Source: an uncultured Luminiphilus sp. (GTDB lineage: Bacteria; Pseudomonadota; Gammaproteobacteria; Pseudomonadales; Halieaceae). Taken from it: DNA of 64,000 nt. The number at the start of each line of letters is the position of its first letter. Position 1 is the stretch's first letter. Positions 56,060-64,000 of the stretch are shown piece by piece. The notes beneath the pieces are model-generated. The model was given only the letters and a program-made list of their open reading frames with translations, searched no databases and was not told where the DNA came from. Position numbers and translations under genes: made by a program. The DNA lies in assembly GCA_943787485.1 (NCBI GenBank), contig CALSMP010000002.1, positions 5,459 through 69,458 on the forward strand, given 5' to 3'.

Positions 56060-58486
56060 ATGTTCCCAGGAAAGCGCCTTTTACCCATCGCCATTGCCAC
56101 GCTCGGGATGACGGTTCAATCGCCAGCCCACGCTCAACTGGAAGAAGTGGTGGTCACTGCGACCAAGCGCCAAGCGACTCTGCAAGACATCCCTATCGCT
56201 GTGTCAGTGGTGACCGCGGAAGTTATGGAGCAATCCCAAGTACTGGACATTAAAGACCTGCAAACCCTAGTCCCCAGTCTTCGCGTAACCCAGCTACAGG
56301 GCAGCGCACAGACCAACTTTATTATTCGAGGCTTCGGTAACGGCGCCAATAATCCGGGTATCGAGCCGTCCGTTGGTGTATTTCTTGACGGCGTCTACCG
56401 ATCGCGAGTGGGAAGCGCCTTAGCGGATTTACCCAAGGTAGAACGGATCGAAGTACTGCGCGGCCCGCAAAGCACTCTCTTTGGAAAAAATGCCTCTGCC
56501 GGGGTCATCAACGTGGTGACAGCAAAACCGGATCTGGACGCCTACAGTGGCTCCGTTGGCGTGACCCTGGGCAACTACAGTCAGACCATTTTGCGAGGTG
56601 ACATTACTGGCCCCATTTCCGACAACCTCGCCTTCAGCCTCTTCGGTAGCGTCAACGAGCGTGACGGCTATTTTGACAACCTGACCACCGGAACAAGCTT
56701 TAACGAGCTCAATCGCTGGAACTTCAGGGGTCAAATGCTATGGGCCCCCTCTGACCGCGCCGAGGTCCGATTGATCGTGGATGCCGAGGAAATCGACGAA
56801 GTATGTTGTGGCGTCGCCAATTTGGTTGATGGCCCGACCGGCGATATTGTCCGCGCACTAGGCGGTGACGTTGTCGGCGACGCGCCCTTTGCCTATGCCA
56901 ACTATCAGGATTTTGATCCAAAGAATGAGATTGAAACCCGGGGCGCCTCATTGCATCTCGAGTACGATTTCGACGCCTTCTCGCTGACCTCGATCAGCGC
57001 CTTTCGCACCCTCGATCAGTTCCAGTCCGGGGACGTGGACTTCACCAGTGCCCGCCTGATCAGCCCTGCAATGGCCGATGCCAGAGACACAGAAATAGAC
57101 ACCTTCACCCAGGAAATCCGCCTGGCCTCATCAAACGATGGTCCTCTTCAATGGATGGTCGGCGCGTTTTACTTCAATGAAGAAGTCACCAATGACGAGA
57201 ACTTCGGGCTGGGCCCGGATTTTAGAGGTTTTGTCGATATCCTCCTGGCCGGTCTCGGAGCCCCAGGTGCGCTTGGCGCCATTGAGGGGGCCCTCGGTCT
57301 CCCCTCGGGCTATATCTATGCCGATAAAACCGGCAACCAGTCCGAAACCTACACCCTTGACGATGAAACCCTATCGCTGTTTGCTCAGATTGATTTCGAC
57401 CTGACCGATGCCTTGACCCTGACTGCTGGCGTTAACTACACCCAGTCAGAGAAAGAGGCATCGGCAAACGTGGTCAATGATAATTTCTTTGGCACCATCC
57501 CACTGGCTGCCTTCGGACTTGGAGCGCTGGAGCCCGCACAGTTTTTGCCGCCTTTTGTCACTTATCCCAACTCGGTTGAGGACGGGCGTAGCGATGACAG
57601 CGACACCACTTACACGCTCCGGCTGGCTTATGATCTGACACCCAACGTCACGGTTTACGGCGGTGTAAGCACCGGCTTTAAAGCCACGTCTTGGAACCTG
57701 TCACAGGATACCGGTCCAGTAGAGGCAGACCTTGCCGCCCTGCTCGCGGCAGGCGATTCTGCCCTGCCGGCGTTAACCGCTTTTGGCCTTCCGCCAGGGT
57801 TTGCCAACTACCCGGGCGCGCTCGGTCCAGCAACACGTCTCGCAGGCCCAGAGGAGTCCGAGGTTTGGGAGATTGGCCTCAAAGGCGCGTGGGATTCAGT
57901 CACGCTTAATGTCGCTGTCTTTGATCAAGAAATTGATGGCTTTCAATCGAACGTTTTCTCCGGCACTGGATTTTTACTGGCTAATGCGGGCAAGCAGTCC
58001 AACGATGGCGTCGAGGTCGACGTCACTTGGGCTCCCACTGACGGCCTCCGCATTGGATTTGCAGCCACCTGGCTGGATCCGGTCTATGACGACTTCAAGA
58101 GTGCATTAGGCATAAACGGTCCGGAAGACTTCTCTGGTCGTATGCCGGCAGGTATCCCTGAGTTTTCTGCCAACACCAACATAACCTATAGCTTTGGCGT
58201 CGGAAGCACTGATGGGTACGTCCGACTGGAAAACGTCTATGAAAGCGAGGTTCAAGTGGCGGATAACGTCTCACCCACGATCGCATCGCGACAGATTAGC
58301 CTGGTCAATGCGAGCGCTGGCCTGACCTTCAACAACGGGATACAACTCAATTTGTGGGGTAGAAACCTCACGGGTGATGAGTACCTGCAGTCAGCATTCC
58401 CCTCTGTTGCTCAGGCGGGCAGCTTCAGTGGCTACCCCAGCCAACCTAGGACCTACGGGCTGACGATCACCTATAACTTCGAGTAA
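56060..58486 (+). CDS. TonB-dependent receptor
   Basis: Signal peptide, LEEVVVTATKR TonB box, ERIEVLRGPQSTLFG and C-terminal PRTYGLTITYNFE. Start moved to ATG 56060 behind AGGAG. Confidence 0.95.
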   Translation: MFPGKRLLPIAIATLGMTVQSPAHAQLEEVVVTATKRQATLQDIPIAVSVVTAEVMEQSQVLDIKDLQTLVPSLRVTQLQGSAQTNFIIRGFGNGANNPGIEPSVGVFLDGVYRSRVGSALADLPKVERIEVLRGPQSTLFGKNASAGVINVVTAKPDLDAYSGSVGVTLGNYSQTILRGDITGPISDNLAFSLFGSVNERDGYFDNLTTGTSFNELNRWNFRGQMLWAPSDRAEVRLIVDAEEIDEVCCGVANLVDGPTGDIVRALGGDVVGDAPFAYANYQDFDPKNEIETRGASLHLEYDFDAFSLTSISAFRTLDQFQSGDVDFTSARLISPAMADARDTEIDTFTQEIRLASSNDGPLQWMVGAFYFNEEVTNDENFGLGPDFRGFVDILLAGLGAPGALGAIEGALGLPSGYIYADKTGNQSETYTLDDETLSLFAQIDFDLTDALTLTAGVNYTQSEKEASANVVNDNFFGTIPLAAFGLGALEPAQFLPPFVTYPNSVEDGRSDDSDTTYTLRLAYDLTPNVTVYGGVSTGFKATSWNLSQDTGPVEADLAALLAAGDSALPALTAFGLPPGFANYPGALGPATRLAGPEESEVWEIGLKGAWDSVTLNVAVFDQEIDGFQSNVFSGTGFLLANAGKQSNDGVEVDVTWAPTDGLRIGFAATWLDPVYDDFKSALGINGPEDFSGRMPAGIPEFSANTNITYSFGVGSTDGYVRLENVYESEVQVADNVSPTIASRQISLVNASAGLTFNNGIQLNLWGRNLTGDEYLQSAFPSVAQAGSFSGYPSQPRTYGLTITYNFE

Positions 58487-58518
58487 GGCGCAGAAACACT
58501 TTATCTGCCAAGTCAGAT

Positions 58519-58550
58519 GGGGCTCCTCACACGGAGCCCCTTTTCTTTCT
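58519..58550 (+). terminator. Intrinsic terminator after the first TonB-dependent receptor
   Basis: GGGGCTCC-TCACAC-GGAGCCCC followed by TTTTCTTT. Confidence 0.8.
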
Positions 58551-58801
58551 GGGGCTCTTTCTGGGGTCAGCCAGTACTTCGTAAGCACCTCTCAGCGCGT
58601 CGTACCACCCAGTTTGACTCACTATTGCCGAGCTTTTCATGCAAAGCCAAACGTAGCCTCCCAGTAGATAACGCCTCGAGATGAATAAAACCCGCTTGCG
58701 GGAGATCGGGGGAGTGCTAGTATCGCAGAAAAGCCGCGCCAGCTGAGACGTGAACTGGCGTCAAAACATAACAATAAGCCAAGCATAAGAGGGTCCCCGC
58801 T

Positions 58802-61450
58802 ATGAGTACACGCAATCGTGTTCTATCTGTACCCGTACTAGCCACCACACTGTCGCTCGCTGTCTCAGCGCACGCCCAGGGCGTTCTTGAAGAAGTCGTG
58901 GTCACCGCCGAGAAACGAGAGCAGTCGCTCCAAGACGTGCCTATCGCTATTTCTGCCTTCACTAACGATGACCTACGTCAGCAATTGGTCGATAGACCGC
59001 TAGATCTCCAGCTGAACGTCCCAAACATGTTGATGTCCAAGGGTAACTTTACGACCGCGGCCATCTCGATTCGTGGTGTGGGAAACCTGGCCATTGGCAG
59101 TGCAGCGGATAGCGGAACCGGCATTCACATTAATGGGTTTTACATGAACGGCCCGCGGGTGTTCGAGATGGACTTCTTCGACGTCGACCGTGTCGAAGTA
59201 TTGCGCGGACCCCAGGGCACCCTTTACGGAAGGAACACCACCGCCGGGGTTCTCAACATGATCACCGCCAAGCCAGATACCGAAACATTAAGTGGCAATA
59301 TCAATGGTGAATTCGGTAACTACAGCCGCCAGCGCTACGAGGGATACATCAACTTCCCGCTGGGCGACTCAATGGCACAGCGCTTCTCCGGCTTCTATCT
59401 CACACAAGACGGATTTGTGGACAACGCCTATAACGGAGAGGAGGTCGACGACCGCGATATGTTCGGCATCCGAAGCAGCACGCTGTTTGAAAACGACAAG
59501 ACATCGGTGCAATTGGTTATTAACTACCTCGAGGAAGACGATAACCGGATGCGCGGCAGTGATCAACGTTGCACCAAAGACACCAATACCACCGCTTTCG
59601 GCCAGTACGGCCCGCTGGGCTGCCTGCCAAACAGCTTGGGCAACAGCGCCGCCAACACCTCCGGTACTGTGCTCGGCGCAATTACCGCAGGGATCGAAGC
59701 GGCCACCTTCGGCCTATTAACGTTCCCCGACGACGACTATGCCAACCCTCGCGTTTTTGATGATCCCCGCAGGCAGTGGCTTGACACCACGCCCGAATAT
59801 CAAGTGGAAGACACCGTCATCACTTTTGAAATTGAGCACGACTTTGGCGACTTTACGCTCACGTCTCTTACCGGCTATCACGACACAAGTTTTTCAGCCT
59901 CAAATGACTATGACTTCACGCAGGCGTCCGAAACTTGGGATTGGATTTACGACGAGTTGATTGGCGGGTTTTTGCCCAATCCGCTGCAGTGTGTTCCATC
60001 GGGGTCTGAGGGGTTTTGCCAAAGTGGTGGCTTACCGGTAGACCGAGGTGTTAACGGCGTCGAGTTCGTCGATCGGCTTTACTCGACCGACATATCCACG
60101 ACCGAGGGTGAAGAATACAGCCAGGAGTTACGCCTGAGCTCTGACTGGGATGGCCCAATCAATTTCATGGTCGGCGGGTATTACCTTCACTACGAGGGTG
60201 AGACTCACTATAAAGTCTATAGCTCAGCCCTAACACTCTATGCCTTGCTGCCAGGGTTCTTAGGCCTCGAAGCCTTACCGGCCAATCAGCGCTTTTATGA
60301 TAACGACACCTCCGACAACATCCTCGAGACCTGGGCAGTCTTTGGCGAGCTTTACTGGGATGTCACCGATCGCTTGAGCGCGACCTTTGGCCTTCGCTAC
60401 TCCGACGAAAAGAAATCGGCAAATCAGCGAACTATTTATCTCGACTTCCTGACAAACCCCAACCAGCCCGGCGGTGGTTATGAGGCATTCGAGTGGGAAG
60501 ACAGCGAACCCACCGGTCGCGTCAATCTTACCTATGAGGTCTCAGATGACGTGATGACCTATGCCCAGCTTTCGCGGAGTTTCAAGAGCGGTGGTTTTAA
60601 CCCGATCTCCGCAGAGAGCGTTCTGCTGCAGTTTGACCCCTCTGCTGCGTTCTTCGAGCCCGAGTACATTAATGCCTTCGAGGTGGGGGTGAAATCGCGG
60701 TTTCTCGGCGGTGCGCTACAAGCCAACGCATCCTATTTCTACTACGACTACGAAGGCTTGCAGGTGTCCAAAATCACCCAGCAAACGGCGATCAATGAGA
60801 ACTTTGACTCCAAGATTCAGGGGATTGAGGGGGAGTTTCTGTTCGCCGCCTCAGAAAACCTCTTGTTTACCGCCAACATTGCTTGGTTAGACACGGAGCT
60901 CGGTGACGTGGTGACATCAGATCCCGGCGATCCCAACGGCAGCACCTATCTAAACGATGGGAGAAGCCCGGTAGACGGAGTGGTCAGTATCGGCAATAGC
61001 AACGTGTACCTTGGTCCAGACTGCCCGAGCACCATTCCGATACCCGAGCTGGGTGGTGCACCGGGTTGTGCCGGTGTACCGATCAATTTGAGCGGCAATC
61101 AGATTCCTGGAGCTCCCGAATTCTCCGTAAACCTCGGCGCCAGTTACAACATGCAGTTGGGCGGTATGGGAAGCCTCAGAGCTGGCGTAAATTACTACTG
61201 GCAAGATAAATATTATTCTCGAGTATTCAATGCCGCCGTGGACCAGATAGAGGAATGGGATGTGTGGAACGCAACGCTGCGCTTCACGCCCCAAGAGGGA
61301 AACTGGTACCTGGAACTGTGGGGTCGTAATCTGAGCGACGATGACTACGTCACAGGCCAGTATCGGGTCGATGCAAACTCAGGAAACGGCACCAATCAGT
61401 TCCTACTTGATCCCCGCACTTACGGGATCACCCTCGACTATCAGTTCTGA
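58802..61450 (+). CDS. TonB-dependent receptor
   Basis: Signal peptide, LEEVVVTAEKRE, RVEVLRGPQGTLYGRN and terminal PRTYGITLDYQF. Confidence 0.95.
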   Translation: MSTRNRVLSVPVLATTLSLAVSAHAQGVLEEVVVTAEKREQSLQDVPIAISAFTNDDLRQQLVDRPLDLQLNVPNMLMSKGNFTTAAISIRGVGNLAIGSAADSGTGIHINGFYMNGPRVFEMDFFDVDRVEVLRGPQGTLYGRNTTAGVLNMITAKPDTETLSGNINGEFGNYSRQRYEGYINFPLGDSMAQRFSGFYLTQDGFVDNAYNGEEVDDRDMFGIRSSTLFENDKTSVQLVINYLEEDDNRMRGSDQRCTKDTNTTAFGQYGPLGCLPNSLGNSAANTSGTVLGAITAGIEAATFGLLTFPDDDYANPRVFDDPRRQWLDTTPEYQVEDTVITFEIEHDFGDFTLTSLTGYHDTSFSASNDYDFTQASETWDWIYDELIGGFLPNPLQCVPSGSEGFCQSGGLPVDRGVNGVEFVDRLYSTDISTTEGEEYSQELRLSSDWDGPINFMVGGYYLHYEGETHYKVYSSALTLYALLPGFLGLEALPANQRFYDNDTSDNILETWAVFGELYWDVTDRLSATFGLRYSDEKKSANQRTIYLDFLTNPNQPGGGYEAFEWEDSEPTGRVNLTYEVSDDVMTYAQLSRSFKSGGFNPISAESVLLQFDPSAAFFEPEYINAFEVGVKSRFLGGALQANASYFYYDYEGLQVSKITQQTAINENFDSKIQGIEGEFLFAASENLLFTANIAWLDTELGDVVTSDPGDPNGSTYLNDGRSPVDGVVSIGNSNVYLGPDCPSTIPIPELGGAPGCAGVPINLSGNQIPGAPEFSVNLGASYNMQLGGMGSLRAGVNYYWQDKYYSRVFNAAVDQIEEWDVWNATLRFTPQEGNWYLELWGRNLSDDDYVTGQYRVDANSGNGTNQFLLDPRTYGITLDYQF

Positions 61451-61468
61451 GCGCTATCAGTTACCCAC

Positions 61469-61494
61469 TAGGGCGGCCGCAGGCCGCCCTATTT
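61469..61494. terminator. Hairpin terminator between the convergent receptor gene and oxyR
   Basis: TAGGGCGGCC-GCA-GGCCGCCCTA followed by TTT; overlaps the oxyR stop. Confidence 0.7.
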
Positions 61495-62391
61495 CGTACT
61501 GGCCTCGCGAATGAAATCGCCCAGCAATCTGAACTCGGTTTGTCTTGGCGTTTTTTTTCGCCACATAAGGCCAATCGAGCGCGCCACACCCTCGCGATCA
61601 AACGATCTAACCACAAGATCAGTGCCCGCCGTGATACCAGCGTTCACCGCCATTTCGGGGAGCAACGTAATCCCAATGCCATTAGCCACCATCTGAACGA
61701 TAGTCGCCAAACTGGTCGCTTGATAGGGAATATCAATCTGCGAGTCTCGCAGTTCGCAGGCTTCCAAGGCATGATCACGCAGACAGTGACCATCCTCTAA
61801 CAGCAACAGCCCCTCTCCCTGTAAGTCTTCTGGCTGAAAGCTCTCTTGGGTAGCCAATGGGTGCTCTTGATTGCTTGCCAAGAGAAAGTTGTCTTGCATC
61901 AGCGGCATCACGTCCACGTTATCGGTGGGAAACGGCAGCGCCAACAGCAGCACGTCCAACTCACCCGCATGCAGGCTATCGACCAGCGCTCGGCTCAGAT
62001 CTTCCCGGATAAACAACGTAAAGCCAGGGTGCAATACCCGTAACTGTTGCAGCATTTCGGGCAGTAGGTAAGGTGCCACTGTCGGAATCACCCCCAAGCG
62101 CATCTTGCCCTTGAAGGGGACGCCAGCGGCCTCGCACTGACTCACCAACTCGTCGACATCGACCAGGATCGCCAGTGCGCGCTGTACCACCTCTTGACCT
62201 AGCGTGGTCAACAGGACGTTGCGATTATTGCGCTCTACCAGCGATGCCCCCAGCGTGTCTTCGAGCTCCTGAACGCCAGCGCTCAGGGTGCTTTGGCTGA
62301 CGTGGCAGGCCTTGGCGGCTTGTCCAAAATGCTGGTGCTCCGCCACCGCGCACAGATATTTCATTTGTTTAAGCGTGGGTTGCCTCGCCAT
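61489..62391 (-). CDS. oxyR: Hydrogen peroxide-inducible LysR regulator OxyR
   Basis: LysR HTH (HFGQAAKACHVSQSTLS), GVIPTVAPYLLP and the two-Cys motif LLEDGHCLRDHALEAC. Confidence 0.9.
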   Translation of the reverse strand: MARQPTLKQMKYLCAVAEHQHFGQAAKACHVSQSTLSAGVQELEDTLGASLVERNNRNVLLTTLGQEVVQRALAILVDVDELVSQCEAAGVPFKGKMRLGVIPTVAPYLLPEMLQQLRVLHPGFTLFIREDLSRALVDSLHAGELDVLLLALPFPTDNVDVMPLMQDNFLLASNQEHPLATQESFQPEDLQGEGLLLLEDGHCLRDHALEACELRDSQIDIPYQATSLATIVQMVANGIGITLLPEMAVNAGITAGTDLVVRSFDREGVARSIGLMWRKKTPRQTEFRLLGDFIREASTK

Positions 62392-62405
62392 TGCAGTCTA
62401 TCCTC

Positions 62406-62440
62406 AACGAAAATCGCGATTATCGAAATTTTCGATTAAT
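62406..62440. promoter_or_regulatory. Probable OxyR/LysR operator in the oxyR-rubrerythrin divergent region
   Basis: ATCG-AAATTTT-CGAT (62422-62436; T-N11-A, resembles ATAG-N7-CTAT), preceded by AACG-N7-CGAT. Confidence 0.55.
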
Positions 62441-62544
62441 TTTGGCAAAAAATACAGTTGAGCCAAAACTGGCCCAAGGCAGTATAGTTATTCATCTCGC
62501 AGCTGCGGGGTCTAACGTAAGGAATTCCACATCAGGAGACCGAA

Positions 62545-62964
62545 ATGGAACTCAAAGGTAGTATGACAGAACAGAACCTTAAAGATGCCTTCGCTGGCGA
62601 ATCCCAGGCCAATCGCCGTTACCTCTACTTCGCAGCAAAGGCCGATGTAGAGGGCTATAACGACGTTGCTGCGGTGTTCCGCTCAACGGCAGAAGGTGAA
62701 ACAGGACACGCTCACGGCCACCTTGAGTACCTCGAGGCGGTTGGCGACCCGGCAACCGGTCTGCCCATGGGTGATACTCGCAAGAATCTTGAAGCCTCGA
62801 TTGCCGGTGAAACTCACGAGTACACCGATATGTACCCCGGTATGGCCAGTACAGCGCGCGATGAGGGCTTTGACGAAATCGCGGATTGGTTTGAAACCCT
62901 CGCTAAAGCTGAGCGAAGCCACGCCAACAAGTTCCAGAAGACTCTGGACACCTTGGAGGCATAA
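62545..62964 (+). CDS. Rubrerythrin, short form lacking the rubredoxin domain
   Basis: [33 protein letters not shown] and AERSHA di-iron ligands; 139 aa with no Cys. Confidence 0.93.
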   Translation: MELKGSMTEQNLKDAFAGESQANRRYLYFAAKADVEGYNDVAAVFRSTAEGETGHAHGHLEYLEAVGDPATGLPMGDTRKNLEASIAGETHEYTDMYPGMASTARDEGFDEIADWFETLAKAERSHANKFQKTLDTLEA

Positions 62965-62983
62965 GCGCCCTACCGTGATGGCT

Positions 62984-63013
62984 AGGGGAGCGCAATCGCT
63001 CCCCTTTCTTTTT
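62984..63013 (+). terminator. Intrinsic terminator-like hairpin between rubrerythrin and the Fe-S oxidoreductase
   Basis: AGGGGAGCG-CAAT-CGCTCCCCT followed by TTCTTTTT. Confidence 0.75.
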
Positions 63014-63091
63014 CCCCCTGCGAGGAGCCGCCAACACTGCGGTTTGATTCTCTCAGATATCCAAAACATCAAGTAACGCAGGTACATGATT

Positions 63092-64000
63092 ATGCGCGAA
63101 GGCAGCCTAGAAGCCCCCACTCGCCATCCGATTGATTGGAAAAGTGGCGATTTTTGGAGCAAGGAATCGCTCAACGCGGAGCTTGAGCGGGTCTATGATA
63201 TTTGCCATGGCTGTCGCCGTTGCGTCAGCCTGTGTGATGCCTTTCCTACGTTGTTTGATCTCATTGACGAATCAGAGACTTTCGAAGTCGACGGCGTTGC
63301 TAAAGAGGATTACACCAAGGTTGTCGATCAATGCTACCTGTGCGACCTCTGTTTTCTAACCAAATGTCCCTATGTACCGCCCCATGACTTCAACGTCGAC
63401 TTCCCCCACTTGATGCTTCGCGCCAAGGCCATCAAGTTCAAGGAGCAGGGAGCGAACTTTCGGGACAAAACTCTAACCAGCACCGACACCATGCTTGGGG
63501 TAATGTCTATCCCGCTAGTGGATATCACCGTCAATGCGCTCAATAACAGCGCAGGCTTCCGAAAGATTGTGGAGAAGACCCTCGACATTCACCACCAAGC
63601 GCCACTGCCCAAAATGCATGCCAACAATCTGAGAAAGCGGGTGAAAAATCTCCTCCAGCCTATGGAGGCGGAGGCAGTTGGGGAAACATCCGGCAAGGTG
63701 GCGCTCTACGCCACCTGCTATGGCAATTACAACAGCCCCGAAGTGGGCGAAGATTTCGTGAAAGTTTTTCAACATAACGGCATACAGATTGACGTGGTTC
63801 CCAGGGAAAAGTGCTGCGGCATGCCTAAACTCGAGCTCGGTGATTTAGATGCGGTGGATGCTTTGAAGCAAGCCAATATCCCGGTGCTTGCGGATCTCGT
63901 TGATCGCGGCTATGACCTTGTCGCCCCTATTCCATCCTGCGTACTTATGTACAAGCAGGAGTTGCCACTGATGTATCCCGATGATGCCGATGTTCAAAAG
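63092..64000 (+). CDS. Rubrerythrin-associated Fe-S oxidoreductase (GlpC/heterodisulfide reductase-like, CCG domain); runs off the window
   Basis: Not in the ORF track. Manual translation gives MREGSLEAPTRHPIDW...ICHGCRRCVSLCDAFP...CYLCDLCFLTKCPYVPPH...KCCGMP. Confidence 0.88.
   Translation, partial: MREGSLEAPTRHPIDWKSGDFWSKESLNAELERVYDICHGCRRCVSLCDAFPTLFDLIDESETFEVDGVAKEDYTKVVDQCYLCDLCFLTKCPYVPPHDFNVDFPHLMLRAKAIKFKEQGANFRDKTLTSTDTMLGVMSIPLVDITVNALNNSAGFRKIVEKTLDIHHQAPLPKMHANNLRKRVKNLLQPMEAEAVGETSGKVALYATCYGNYNSPEVGEDFVKVFQHNGIQIDVVPREKCCGMPKLELGDLDAVDALKQANIPVLADLVDRGYDLVAPIPSCVLMYKQELPLMYPDDADVQK

Overview
Core-genome window of a gammaproteobacterium; gene order and protein style suggest Cellvibrionales/Halieaceae (OM60/NOR5-like), which is inference only. 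About 57 densely packed CDSs, mostly on the minus strand: pdxB-epmC-tusA, prmB-aroC, folE, htpG-sixA, the TCA cluster (gltA / sdhCDAB-sucAB-lpd-sucCD), a KAS III, hisC, a contiguous phoBR-pstSCAB-phoU operon, smc-zipA-ligA plus an SLT lipoprotein, ccmA-I, ttcA, mdh, ybbAP/tesA, a K+ channel-ygiQ-ytfJ run, two TonB-dependent receptors, and oxyR divergent from rubrerythrin and an Fe-S oxidoreductase. I saw no mobile element, CRISPR array, tRNA or rRNA, and no convincing novel multi-gene system. The best leads are: (1) a tandem pair of NrdR-box-like palindromes in front of smc-zipA-ligA, where no ribonucleotide reductase gene is present; (2) a one-base frameshift in sucC; (3) an NtrC-like palindrome shared by the sucA and TonB-receptor upstream regions; (4) a four-repeat Pho box; (5) the OxyR-rubrerythrin-oxidoreductase module. 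All product calls come from motif recognition by eye, with no database search.
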